36,147 nt of DNA, taken from positions 144,535,146 through 144,571,292 of the forward strand of contig NC_068982.1 of NCBI RefSeq assembly GCF_001194135.2, in the 5' to 3' direction. The position numbers were made by a program, and so were the translations under genes. Source of the stretch: Octopus bimaculoides (lineage: Eukaryota). Shown one piece after another: positions 1 to 10,167 of the stretch (position 1 is the first letter of the stretch; each line of letters starts with the position of its first letter). The notes below the pieces were generated by a model that worked only from the letters and a program-made list of their open reading frames with translations, made no database searches and was not told where the DNA came from.

Positions 1-40
1 GCTAGCATGGAAAGCGTACGTTAAACGATGATGATGATGA
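1..40 (+). mobile_element. 3' end of a family B element (cut by window start)
   Basis: GCTAGCATGGAAAGCGTACGTTAAACGATGATGATG. Confidence 0.85.
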
Positions 41-86
41 TATATATACATACATACATACATACTTACATGCATACACATATACA

Positions 87-120
<34 letters not shown>

Positions 121-159
121 CATGCATGTATGTATGTATATATCTGTGTGTGTGTCTGT

Positions 160-372
160 CTTTTTGTTTGTGTTGTGTTTGTCCCCCACTATTGCTTGAC
201 ACCTGGTGGTGAATCATGTATATCTCCATAGACTTAATGGTTTGGCAAAAGATACCAATAAAATAAGTGCCAGATCTGTACTTGAATCAATGTGTTCAAC
301 TAGACCCTTCAAAGCAGTGCCCCAGCATGGCTGCAGTCCAATGATTGAAACAAGTAAAAGATAAAAGATATG
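160..372 (+). mobile_element. Family A SINE 3' half
   Basis: GTGTTTGTCCCCCAC...CAGCATGGCTGCAGTCCAATGATTGAAACAAGTAAAAGATAAAAGA. Confidence 0.75.
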
Positions 373-1379
373 ATAAAACATGTGACTAAGAGAAAAATTA
401 AAATATTGTTTTTAAATATAATTATTTTAAGTTTAATTAACAATAACAAAAGAAACAACACATAATTCCACTTATTGATGAACTGATGTACAAATACTAG
501 AAACAAACACAGTCTTCTGAATTAGACATTTCCATTTTAGCAAAACAGTAATTAAAAAGTTTACAAAACAGATCATTAAATCTGAAGTGGTACAAAGAAA
601 AATAAATTGGTATTTTTTTTCACAATATAGGCCTACTTCAGATTTTTTTCTCAACTTCAAATTTTTTAAAAATTATGATTGAAAGAAAAAAGTGTTCAAA
701 TCCATATCAAGTTTACTCCTAGATGTAAATTTACTGCAAGACCCAATGAAGGTGATAAAGGCAAAGCAAAGCAGTGCATCAAATGAGGATATGAATGTAG
801 CTGATATAGAATTCACAAGTTTTGAAGAGCAGAGACTACAGTATTAGGAGATGAATAGACAAAGTGTAGATAAAGCTCATTTTTGCCTCCTCAGTTATAA
901 ACTGTTAAATATTAAAGCAAGTCATTTATAATTATGTCTTAGTTATAAAGGCATTCCTATAACCTATGGTGGCTTGCTTAATAAGACCAATATAGATATG
1001 AAGAAGTTTCTTTCAGTTTAACACTGAAGATGAAACTAACTGATACTTCACTTAAGAAGATGAAACTATATTTGTAAGATATAGAGAGAGTAAGAGAGCT
1101 AAATTATATAATCTTGTAACTAAAACGTCTGAATCTCATTAGGTAAAAAATATATATATAAATATTCTTGAGAAACAAAATTTTCTTAGATAAAAAAATA
1201 TATATAAATATTCTTGAGAAGATTGGCATTGTTTTGATTCTAGCACAAAAATCATAGCTTGATCTATCTGTTGTTTTATAAGGGTTAAAAAAATTAGCAA
1301 CTGATAAAGGTAAAGATAAGAATTTATGATTTCCTGAGAAAAAAAGTAAATGTTGACACATGTGTTGATGTTTTTATCC

Positions 1380-1568
1380 CCAGGTTAGCTTTGATCATGC
1401 AGATGTATTACCAAAGACATTTTCTGGCTATGACCATCCCATTGTTTTCCAAACTTTGTGTATCCAGAAATGTGTTCTTGCTTTCTTTTTTTAAAGGTAG
1501 GGTTTGGTTTAAAAGAGATTTGGCTGCTATTTCTTTCAGATCAAGCAACCATGTAGTAGCTCCCTCAT
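1380..1568 (+). repeat. Dispersed repeat family E (other copies 1710-2050, 7716-7885, 25742-25930 minus, 35095-35185)
   Basis: Shared motifs ATGACCATCC, GGGTATGATTTGAG and GATTTGGCTGCTATTTCT recur in five places; class unknown. Confidence 0.65.
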
Positions 1569-1764
1569 TTGCTTGTGTGATTGAGTTGTTCATGTCTTTT
1601 TTTGCATGTTTCAACTTGCATTAGTTTAAGCGGAACAATACTAGCAGTTTTAGATGGCCATAGGCAATGCCACTTCCTCCAGACAGAAAGTAAAAACAAA
1701 AATATGTTCTCTGATTCAACAGACCTATTGTCAAAGTTTTGACCATCACACCCTTAATTCACAC

Positions 1765-1925
1765 CACTAGCATAGCTAGGGGCAGGGGAGGGGCAGTCCA
1801 CCCCAGGCGGCACTTTTCATCCTGTTGTAGGTTATTGCTTTAGGGAATATGTGTTTTTGGTGGAGTCCGGGGAGCAGCAAACGAAAGTGTCACCCTGGAT
1901 GGCACACACTCTAGTTACGCTAGTG
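1765..1925. mobile_element. GC-rich MITE with 17-bp TIRs and 8-bp TSD (hAT-like)
   Basis: TIRs are CACTAGCATAGCTAGGG and the reverse complement of CTCTAGTTACGCTAGTG. Flanks are ATTCACAC (1757-1764) and ATTCAGAC (1926-1933). It interrupts a family-E repeat. Confidence 0.75.
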
Positions 1926-2099
1926 ATTCAGACACTGAGTATCAAAAACTACACTATCCAATGTATTCTTTTTAAAAGACTGGGTGGTATGATTTGAGGA
2001 ATATTTTGCTACTATTTCTAGGAGATTGAGTGATGGTATAAAAGCTTCCATGATAGAGAGTGGAGTCAGTGTTAAGTAGTTTTAGATGGGTTAGACTTA

Positions 2100-2345
2100 T
2101 GCCATTAATGCTTCTCTTCAACCATTATAAGTCAACACCAGCAAGAAAGACATGAGCAAGGAAGGAATTCCAGAGTGCTGACATTCTGGGAAGAAATGAC
2201 TGGGTTTAATGATATGGGCAAGGTTTCAGGTGGCAAGGTAGGTGGACACACAAGGAGGAGGATGAGAGGAGAAGAGATGAGTGGGTTGGGAATCTCTGAG
2301 TGGGGGTAGCATGAACCAAGCCAACACTGAGGAGCAGAAGCCATT
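2100..2345 (-). pseudogene. CR1/L2-like LINE ORF2 3' end fossil
   Basis: Minus strand THLFSSHPP...SHFFPRMSALWNSFLAHVFLAGVDL*WLRRSIN resembles the ...SF.PRT..LWNSLP..VFP...DL..FKR.VN C-terminus of CR1/L2/Jockey-group ORF2. Confidence 0.5.
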
Positions 2346-2384
2346 ATAGTAGCAATATAAAAGGAAGAGAGAAAGCAAACAGCC

Positions 2385-2591
2385 TAGGGGGTGCTGAAAA
2401 GTTCCTGGCTTTGGGTAAAAGAAAATACAGGAGGATCAGTTAATTATGATTTTATTCCCTCTCAGATTTGCACACTTATTGCAGCAGTCCTCCAGTTTTT
2501 CTAAGCCCTGTAAAAGAACTTGGAAGTTGGATTCCCAACCAGGCCTTTCACAATACCCTTATAGCCAGGAATTTTTCAGCAGCCCCTCATA
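2385..2591. mobile_element. mariner-type MITE, copy 1
   Basis: TIRs GGGGTGCTGAAAAGTTCCTGGCT / AGCCAGGAATTTTTCAGCAGCCCCTC with TA ends. Internal sequence is similar to 28024-28239. Confidence 0.85.
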
Positions 2592-2782
2592 GATGCAATA
2601 GTAATATTACTTGCATCTAATAAGAAGAGATGACATTTTAAACACTGTTGTCTTATATACTCTTAAAAACATAAACTGACTATGGTTGGTGAGTCTTTGA
2701 TCAAAGGTTTACTGGATCACATCTAGTTAGCAGCTAAACAGCATCAACAGCATCTTAGAAATGGCAGAGGGGGCTGTTTCTG

Positions 2783-3170
2783 CATCCTTTAATATCCACT
2801 TTTCTATGCTTGTATGGGTCTAATGATATTTGTTGAGGAAGATTTTCTATAGCCAGATGCCTTTCCAGTCACTAACCTTCACATGTTTCCAAGCAGAGTA
2901 ATATTTCTCCCTGGCCTGATATTTTTCACAGAAGACTAGAAACAAACAACTTTGCTTGTTTGATAATGATGCTCATTTACAATCATCACAGGATGTCTAG
3001 ACAAGGACACACACACACATATATATTACACAAGATTTCTTTCAGTTTCCATCAACCAAACCAACACACAAGGCTTTGGCTGACCTAGGCCTATAGCAGA
3101 AGATACTTGCTCAAAGTGCCATCCAGTACTGTGTGTAGTTGAGAGGAAAGATTCTCAACCAAACAGCATT
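2783..3170 (-). mobile_element. Composite SINE: family A head + body D
   Basis: Head 3034-3170, (CA/TA)n hinge and body D 2783-3005. Same architecture as 15204-15770. Confidence 0.65.
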
Positions 3171-3399
3171 TATGAAAAGTATGAATTAGTTGCATGTTCT
3201 GTTTGCTTCATATAAATACAATATAAGAAATTAGTTGTTGCCTTGTATATGCACTGGTTTGATCTAAATGATGAATGGATTACTATTTCAAATGGTGAAC
3301 AATTATATCATTTGTGAATTAGTTAATACTAATTTACCTAATGACATTGCCAACATTAGAAAATAGTGGTTAAAAACTATAAGGTGGTAGGGAAATAAC

Positions 3400-3462
<63 letters not shown>
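3400..3462. repeat. (AAT)n microsatellite
   Basis: Pure AAT run. Confidence 0.95.
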
Positions 3463-3463
<1 letters not shown>

Positions 3464-3747
3464 GTAAGAGCACTCAGTGAGTGCAAACTTCCACCAACAA
3501 CACCAACATCTTCTCAACGATTAACCAGAGATGATTTTTAAAATGAGAATATCTGAAATAAAATCCTTTAATGAATATCATGAGACCTTTCAGTTTTCTC
3601 TTAAATTCTGGTCTTCCTTTAGTAACCCTGTTGTTTTAGATTGATGTAAAGAATTATATATATATGTAAGTATACTGTAAAGTGCTAAAATGTATGTATA
3701 ATCTCCTAATATAATAAGGAACATTGTCGTTTTATATATTTGTATAT

Positions 3748-3896
3748 GTTGCCAGTACCGTTTGACTGGCCCTCATGCCGGTGGCACATAAAAGCACCCA
3801 CTACACTCTCGGAGTGGTTGGCATTAAGAAGGGCATCCAGCTGTAGAAACTCTGCCAGATTAGATTGCGGACATTAAACGATGATGATGATGATGA
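3748..3896 (+). mobile_element. Family B element with internal deletion
   Basis: It matches family B but jumps from AGATTG directly to CGGACATTAAACG, lacking the intervening block present at 27900-27968. Confidence 0.8.
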
Positions 3897-3942
3897 CATA
3901 TATATATACATATACTTTATTGAAAAGTAGCAGAAATATCAC

Positions 3943-3990
3943 AAAAACTGTTACTCGAAGTTTCACATTCCTGTTCATCAGACAGTTTTG
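3943..3990 (-). ncRNA. Minimal type I hammerhead ribozyme (intact catalytic core)
   Basis: Minus strand reads C-AAAACUGU-CUGAUGA-ACA-GGAA-UGU-GAAA-CU-UCG-AG-UA-ACAGUUUU-U. Elements: 8-bp stem I, CUGANGA box (3981-3975), 3-bp stem II with GNRA loop, GAAA box (3964-3961), short stem III, and a GUA cleavage triplet (cut between 3952 and 3951). Read by eye; activity untested. Confidence 0.8.
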
Positions 3991-3996
3991 CTTAAA

Positions 3997-4044
3997 CAAA
4001 ACTGTCCGATGAACAGGGATGAGACACTCTGAGTAACAGTTTTT
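3997..4044 (+). ncRNA. Degenerate hammerhead ribozyme copy (inverted partner of 3943-3990)
   Basis: CAAAACUGU-CCGAUGA-ACAGGGAUGA-GACA-CUCUGAG-UA-ACAGUUUUU is 42/48 identical to the minus-strand copy. The core boxes are altered (CUGA to CCGA, GAAA to GACA). Confidence 0.7.
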
Positions 4045-4280
4045 ATGATATTTCTGCTGCTTTTCAATAAAGTGTATTACTCTACCTTTGGTATTCGAGT
4101 ACTATTTTTTCCACTTTGTTTCATATTTATATGCTTACTTCGAGAGCTCAGAGTGAGAGGTGAAGGTAGAGGAGATAAATGGCAAAGAGAGCATCATATG
4201 GATGAGAAAGGAAGGGGTGGTAGATGAATAAAAAAAGGTAAGAGTGAAATGTGAGTATATGTGTGTGTAAAAGTGAGGTA

Positions 4281-4317
<37 letters not shown>

Positions 4318-4773
4318 NNNNNNNNNNNNNNNNNNNNNNNNNNNNNNNNNNNNNNNNNNNNNNNNNNNNNNNNNNNNNNNNNNNNNNNNNNNNNNNNNNN
4401 NNNNNNNNNNNNNNNNNNNNNNNNNNNNNNNNNNNNNNNNNNNNNNNNNNNNNNNNNNNNNNNNNNNNNNNNNNNNNNNNNNNNNNNNNNNNNNNNNNNN
4501 NNNNNNNNNNNNNNNNNNNNNNNNNNNNNNNNNNNNNNNNNNNNNNNNNNNNNNNNNNNNNNNNNNNNNNNNNNNNNNNNNNNNNNNNNNNNNNNNNNNN
4601 NNNNNNNNNNNNNNNNNNNNNNNNNNNNNNNNNNNNNNNNNNNNNNNNNNNNNNNNNNNNNNNNNNNNNNNNNNNNNNNNNNNNNNNNNNNNNNNNNNNN
4701 NNNNNNNNNNNNNNNNNNNNNNNNNNNNNNNNNNNNNNNNNNNNNNNNNNNNNNNNNNNNNNNNNNNNNNNNN

Positions 4774-4840
<67 letters not shown>

Positions 4841-5065
4841 ATATATATATATATAAGTGAGTTCAATTAGAGGTTATAAAAACCGTCTAAGAGATATTTG
4901 TATTCAATGAACTACTGGTGTATTACCTATATGTGATCATGAATACTAGTCTTAGTGCTCATAAATGATAGGTAAGGAATGGAATAACCGAAGTTTATCT
5001 ATGTTTAAGGTAAAATAAGAAAATTGATAATTGATAAACATCAGTTATTATTTAAAAAGACAATA

Positions 5066-5113
5066 CTTCATCTTACAGCTGTTTCTGCTCATGCTATTTT
5101 AAACATAATCAGG
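5066..5113 (-). ncRNA. Degenerate hammerhead-like motif
   Basis: Minus strand reads CUGAUUA-UGUUUA-(8 nt)-UGAGCA-GAAA-CAGCUG-UA. Stem II is 6 bp and stem III is the palindrome ACAGCUGU with a GUA triplet, but G8 is mutated and stem I does not pair. Confidence 0.4.
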
Positions 5114-5192
5114 CTGGATTATCACAATAATAATAATTATTGTTGTAAATAATTATATCAACTTAAATAGTCGAACTTCATCAGAGCAGAAA

Positions 5193-5494
5193 CATCATCA
5201 TCATCATCATCGTTTAACGTCCGCTTTCCATGCTAGCATGGGTTGGACGGTTTAACTGAAGACTGGCGAACCAGATGGCTGCACCAGGCTCCAATTTTAT
5301 CTAGGAGATTTTCTACAGCTGGGTGCCCTTCCTAACACCAAACACTCCGAGAGTGTAGTGGGTACTTTTACGTGCCACCGGGATGAAGGCCAGTCAGGCG
5401 GTACTGGCAACTGCCACGCTCAAAATGGTATATTTTACATGCCACCTGCACAGGAGCCAGTCCAGCGGCACTGGCAATGATCTCGCTCGAATGT
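5193..5494 (-). mobile_element. Family B element
   Basis: (ATC)n-GTTTAACGTCCGCTTTCCATGCTAGC...GGCAATGATCTCGCTCGAATGT. Confidence 0.9.
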
Positions 5495-5524
5495 AATTGA
5501 TGTTACATGCTATCCCTCTGAACA

Positions 5525-5680
5525 ATGGGCTTCTTCCAGTTTCCATCTATCAAATCCATTCACAAGACTTTGGTCAGCCCATAGATATAGCTGAAAACAC
5601 TTGTCCAAGGCACCAAATAATGGAACTGAACAGGAGACCACATAGTTGGGAAGCAAGCTTCTTAACCACACAGTCATGCT
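5525..5680 (-). mobile_element. Family A SINE head
   Basis: Reverse complement of the head/core (TTCCAGTTTCCATCTATCAAATCC...CTTAACCACACAG). Confidence 0.75.
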
Positions 5681-5904
5681 TGTGTCTACATATTTCATTT
5701 AAATTTTATTATAATCAATTTGGAGAAATTTAATTAAATAATTAACTTTGTTATTATTAAGCTGGTGTTTGAAATGTAATGAAAAATTCTTCCATAAAAA
5801 TTATCATTGCAGGTTTCCATTTTAAATCTTTTATTTTTTATCTTGTAATTGTTTCAGTCATTGGACTGCAGCCACAACAGGGCATAGGCTCGAAGGATTT
5901 AGAC

Positions 5905-6788
5905 CAGTGTTTCTTAATCATTTTTTTACCCTTTCATTCCTATTTTATTTGGATGGATGTCTCTCTCCTGCTCTCTCTTGCACTCCTGCTATCTCCCACA
6001 CTCTCTCTCTCTCCTTCTCCTGCTCTTCCCTCAAGTTGGGTAACCATGTATCTCCTTTACAGCAGCACAACTGCTTCTGTCCTCATTTTCTCTCTCTCTT
6101 TCTCTCTCTCTCCCTCTCCCTCTCTCTCTGGCCAGGTAACCATATACTTCCCCTACAGCAAGACACCTCTTTCTGTCTCTCTCTGTCTCACTATAACTTT
6201 CATCATCTGATACAAAATCCCCTCCTCCAATGCCCCCTCCCCTCTCAAAGAATCCTTGTCTTGCAAGTTACTTGGCAACCATGCCAGTGCTGGTACTACT
6301 TAAGAAGCATTCAGGCCACACTGTAAAGTGGTTGGCATTTGGAAGGGCATCCATCTGTAAAAACCATGCCAAACTGACCTTGCCTGTGCTTGTGCCATGT
6401 AAAAAGCACTCAGTTTACTCTGTGGAGTAGGGCATCTCTGATGGGTAGGGCATCTGTTGGGTAGGGCATCCAGCCATAAAACCCTGCCAAAACAGACACA
6501 AAAGTCTGGTGCAGGCTTCTGCCTGGTCAGCTCCTGTCAAACCATCCAACCCACACCAGCATGGAAGGAGGACGTTAAACAATGATGATGATAATGATGG
6601 GCCCTCCTAGCCATTCGATGTTTAAAAAATCATATTATATTTTTATAATTAAATATTATTAGGAATTGTGCAAAAAAAAAAAATGTTAAATATTTTTTGT
6701 TTTGAAGAAGTATAAGGAATTTATTGCGCATAAATTTTAACAACAAAATCTTATGTGGACCCTCAAGGGTCCACATTGAGGACCACTG
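5905..6788. mobile_element. hAT-type MITE carrying a nested retro-insert
   Basis: TSD ATTTAGAC (5897-5904) / ATTTAGAT (6789-6796). Termini are CAGTGTTTCTTAA and TTGAGGACCACTG. The native body is about 5905-5955 plus 6601-6788. Confidence 0.8.
5956..6600 (+). mobile_element. Family C: CT-rich leader + RTE-type tail, copy 1 (nested in hAT MITE)
   Basis: Shares GTTGGGTAACCATGTATCTCCT, CAAGACACCT and CTTTCATCATCTGATAC plus the B-like tail with 32005-32700. Confidence 0.7.
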
Positions 6789-8821
6789 ATTTAGATACAA
6801 ATCAGCCCCAGTACTTATTTTATTTAAAGTCTGGTACTTATTCAATTGGACTCTTCTGCTGAACCACTAACTTATGGAGGCATAAACAAACCAACACCTG
6901 TTGTCAAGCAGTGGGATGGACAAACGAAAGATGCACACATACACACATACTCATGGCTTCCATACATTTTCCATCAACTAAATCCACCCACAAGGTATTG
7001 GTCAGCTTAAAGCTATTGTAGAAGACACTTGCTTAATGTATCATGCAGTGGAACTGAACCCAAGACCACATGGTTGCAAAACAAGTCTCTTAACCACACA
7101 GCCATACCTATGAGTTGTATATTGTCAAACCAGAGACAATCACGAGTGGGTTGGCATCAAGTAGATTTTTAAGTGACAGATTTACTGACCAAATGTCATG
7201 AGTTAAAATATTATTCTACTTGTTTAAATCAGTCATATTAGGATGAAGTGAAACATCTTGACTTCAGCAATTCCTGAAAATGTTTTAATTTTGTAGAACC
7301 ATTCAGAATGACCTTTCATGGAAACTATATTTATAAACATTAAAAAAAATAAAATTAGAAATGAAATTTGTAAATTGCATTGAAGGGCATGGCTACCTGG
7401 TTAAGAAAATCTCTTCAAAACCATGTTGTTTCATGTTTAGTACCACTGTGAGGTACCTTGGGCATGTGCCTTCTACTATAGCTTTCCAATGGCTAATACT
7501 GCCTCCTCCTCCACCACCACCACCTCTTCCCTTTTCTTTTCCTTCCCCCTCCTCCTCCTTCCCCTCCTCNNNNNNNNNNCGATCTCCCCTCATCCTCCTT
7601 CCCCTCCCTCTCCTTCCCCTCCTCCTCCTCCTCCTCCACCTCTTCCACCCCTTCTCCTGCTCCTCCTCTTCCTCCTCCTCTCCTCCTGCTTGTTGTTGTC
7701 ATCGTTGTTGTTGTTGATTTGCTCCTGGTCAGCTGTGATTGAACAGGCCTACAATCAGAGATATTCCAGCCATGATCATCTCAGCTCTTTAGAAGTATGT
7801 AGGAGAACATTATTTAACATGTCCTTAACTTATTTAAAACAGAAGGGTATGATTTGAGAAAGATTAGGTTTGTATTTATTGCAGTTTAAGTATGCAGATA
7901 GAGATTCTTCAGAATTCTTTAGAATTCTTTTCTTGGTATTTGTTAGATTATCGTGTTGAGGAACATTCTCCAAGACATGTTTCCTTCATTACAACATGAA
8001 ATAACTTGATAATTCCAATACCCTACATTATTTTTTTTTTTTTGCTACACAGATATTTAATTTCCAGGGTGTTTGTTCTATTAGAAAAGTAACAGTTAAT
8101 ACACAAACAGTATCAGGCTAGCTACAAGAGGGATCTAGTCTGTTTATTTGAGAGTTATGTGTTAGGAAGTGAGTTAGAGCTTACACAAGAGATTAAATTT
8201 CTGCATGAATGATTACTTTTGAAGCAAGATAATATAACTTAAAGTAAATTAATAGTTGATTTACAGTGAGTTCAACTTGTTAACATCAGATGGAGGGAGA
8301 CTTTAAAAGTGATGAATATCAAAAATATGTTTGTATTGCAAAAGCAAAAGAAAGTTTCTGTTTTCTTTTCAATATGTAAACTATCACAGGAAAATAATGA
8401 TGTAGAAGTGACAAATTACATACAAATATAAACAAATACTTAAATAAACAATGATAAAAATTTCTAGGTCTGGCATAAAGCCACACATTTTTTGTGAGTG
8501 GTGGGATGGTATCAACTCTAGTACCAGATTGGTACTATTTTATCAATCCTGGCAGGATTTTATTTCAGGACATTAATGGACTTGATTCTTCAAGTCCAAC
8601 TAATATAAGAGCAAATGCGTGAATGTTTAAGAGGGATATCTGTTTCTACACTACATATGTATTTTAAACTACATTCTACCTCCAAAACTAAGTCACACAG
8701 AATATACATATATAATATCTGTAGAGAAAATAGTCATGATCTAAGTATAACTTTGGATCCAAATATAGTTAATTTAAGAAAATTCTGAAAACCCCAAATA
8801 ACACCTGAAAGAAGGGCTACA

Positions 8822-8998
8822 ACAATTTAAGGGGAGGGTTAAGTTGGTTACATCAACACCAGTGTTTAACTGGTACTTCTTTTATCAACCTCAAAAGGAT
8901 GAAAGGCAAAGTTGATTCTGACAGCATTTGCACCTAGAACATAAAGATGGACAAAATGCCACTAGGTATTGTGCCCAGCATGATAATGGTCCTGCTAG
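8822..8998 (-). mobile_element. Meta/MESC-like SINE, minus strand
   Basis: GGTACTTCTTTTATCAACCTCAAAAGGATGAAAGGCAAAGTTGA is the reverse complement of the central domain at 33660-33710. Confidence 0.75.
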
Positions 8999-9149
8999 CT
9001 TCTGAAGAGATACATAATGAAAATACAAACAGAAAACAAAAAAAAAGCAAAAAAAGTTATAAACATTGAGAATGTAAACCATAAAGATCAACTGAAAAAT
9101 TTTAAAGATGGAAATTTTGAATATAACAATAACCTAAAGGTAGAAATAG

Positions 9150-9880
9150 TTAAAGAATTGAAACTGACAGATTTTTCTATGGACCAACAAAAGCCATCTC
9201 AATGATAAAAATAATAAAATAGCAATAACAATAAGGAATTAATTTATGACCTCATAAATTTAAAGTTAACAAATGGAAACATTGACATCACCAAGACAAA
9301 CCAAATAATTCATGCCACGGTCATTCCCTCAGAACTTGCAGTTCATATATAAGACTTTCAAGACATAAGCACAAAACATGGTAAAAAAAAAATAGGGAGG
9401 AAGATAGTAAAAGAAGAAAAGATATCTCAATCATTAATCAAATCATTAATAAAAGGACATAAGCAGAGGAGGGGAAAAGTAACAGAAATCAAAGGATATA
9501 TCGAGCTAGAGATCCTCACTAAAGCACAAAGAGTTCATTGTTATGAACCACGAAAAGGATTTACTGAACAAAATAAACAAATGGAATCCAAACCCTAACT
9601 ATTTTATCCAGAACTACATAAAACAAAATAAAAATCTATGTGGCAATAACAATGAGAGAGCAGAAGAATTTGGTGGAGAAGTATGGACAATGAAAGGATC
9701 ATTGTAGATGAAAATGTTCAAAATAATGAGTGTAGTCCCAGAACAGTTGTGGGGGACCATATCAAGAAACAGACCATATCAAGAAACAGACCAAATATTA
9801 AAAAGAATGAACAACTTGAAGGTGTTGGAGCAGGACTGAAATCCAAACTTGTAATTGAAAAATTTATTAACTTTTAACTC
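9150..9880 (+). pseudogene. Heavily decayed Penelope-like RT thumb / GIY-YIG fossil (different subfamily from 19640)
   Basis: Scattered in-order remnants across frames: IFLWT..HLN, INLKLTNGNI, NSCH, KWNPNPNYFIQNYI, SCGGPYQET...QILKRMN (YIGET-like). Confidence 0.5.
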
Positions 9881-10167
9881 CCCATTTTCTTTCCTTCAAT
9901 TAACTGAACATGATATATATATATATATGTATATATATACATATATACATATATANNNNNNNNNNNNNNNNNNNNNNNNNNNNNNNNNNNNNNNNNNNNN
10001 NNNNNNNNNNNNNNNNNNNNNNNNNNNNNNNNNNNNNNNNNNNNNNNNNNNNNNNNNNNNNNNNNNNNNNNNNNNNNNNNNATATATACACACACACACA
10101 CACACATATATATACACACACAAACACATACACACACACATATATATAGATATATATTATTTTTTAA

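Larger units (their letters stand above)
3914..4073. repeat. Long inverted repeat (77-bp arms, 6-nt spacer), probable Penelope-like pLTR-derived cassette
   Basis: Arms 3914-3990 and 3997-4073 pair at 69/77 positions by manual alignment. Each arm has an AATAAA about 30 nt 3' of the hammerhead cleavage site. The pLTR origin is inferred from the known association of minimal type I hammerheads with Penelope-like elements. Confidence 0.8.
5836..7108 (-). mobile_element. Family A SINE split by hAT MITE (pieces 5836-5904 and 6789-7108)
   Basis: The tail piece left of the MITE and the body/head right of it join collinearly when the MITE and one TSD are removed. Confidence 0.75.

Noticed and set aside
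723-846. Purine-rich exon-like frame DVNLLQDPMKVIKAKQSSASNEDMNVADIEFTSFEEQRLQY
   Set aside because: Weak acceptor and donor, and no recognisable homology.
1024-1080. CUGAAGA...GAAA...GUA motif
   Set aside because: No stem II or stem I pairing; it is explained by a short local duplication of GAAGATGAAACTA.
1391-1624. ORFs 1391-1624(+) and 1408-1614(-), with an apparent acceptor CCCCAG at 1383 and an EGATTWL...TLPLKKE motif reminiscent of retroelement proteins
   Set aside because: The stretch is a copy of dispersed repeat family E (matches at 1950-2050, 7716-7885, 25742-25930, 35095-35185), so the peptide resemblance is most likely chance.
4135-4870. Long ORFs spanning N-runs (also 9855-10284, 12788-13491, 14204-14817, 30498-31077)
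   Set aside because: They are open only because of assembly gaps and flanking dinucleotide repeats.
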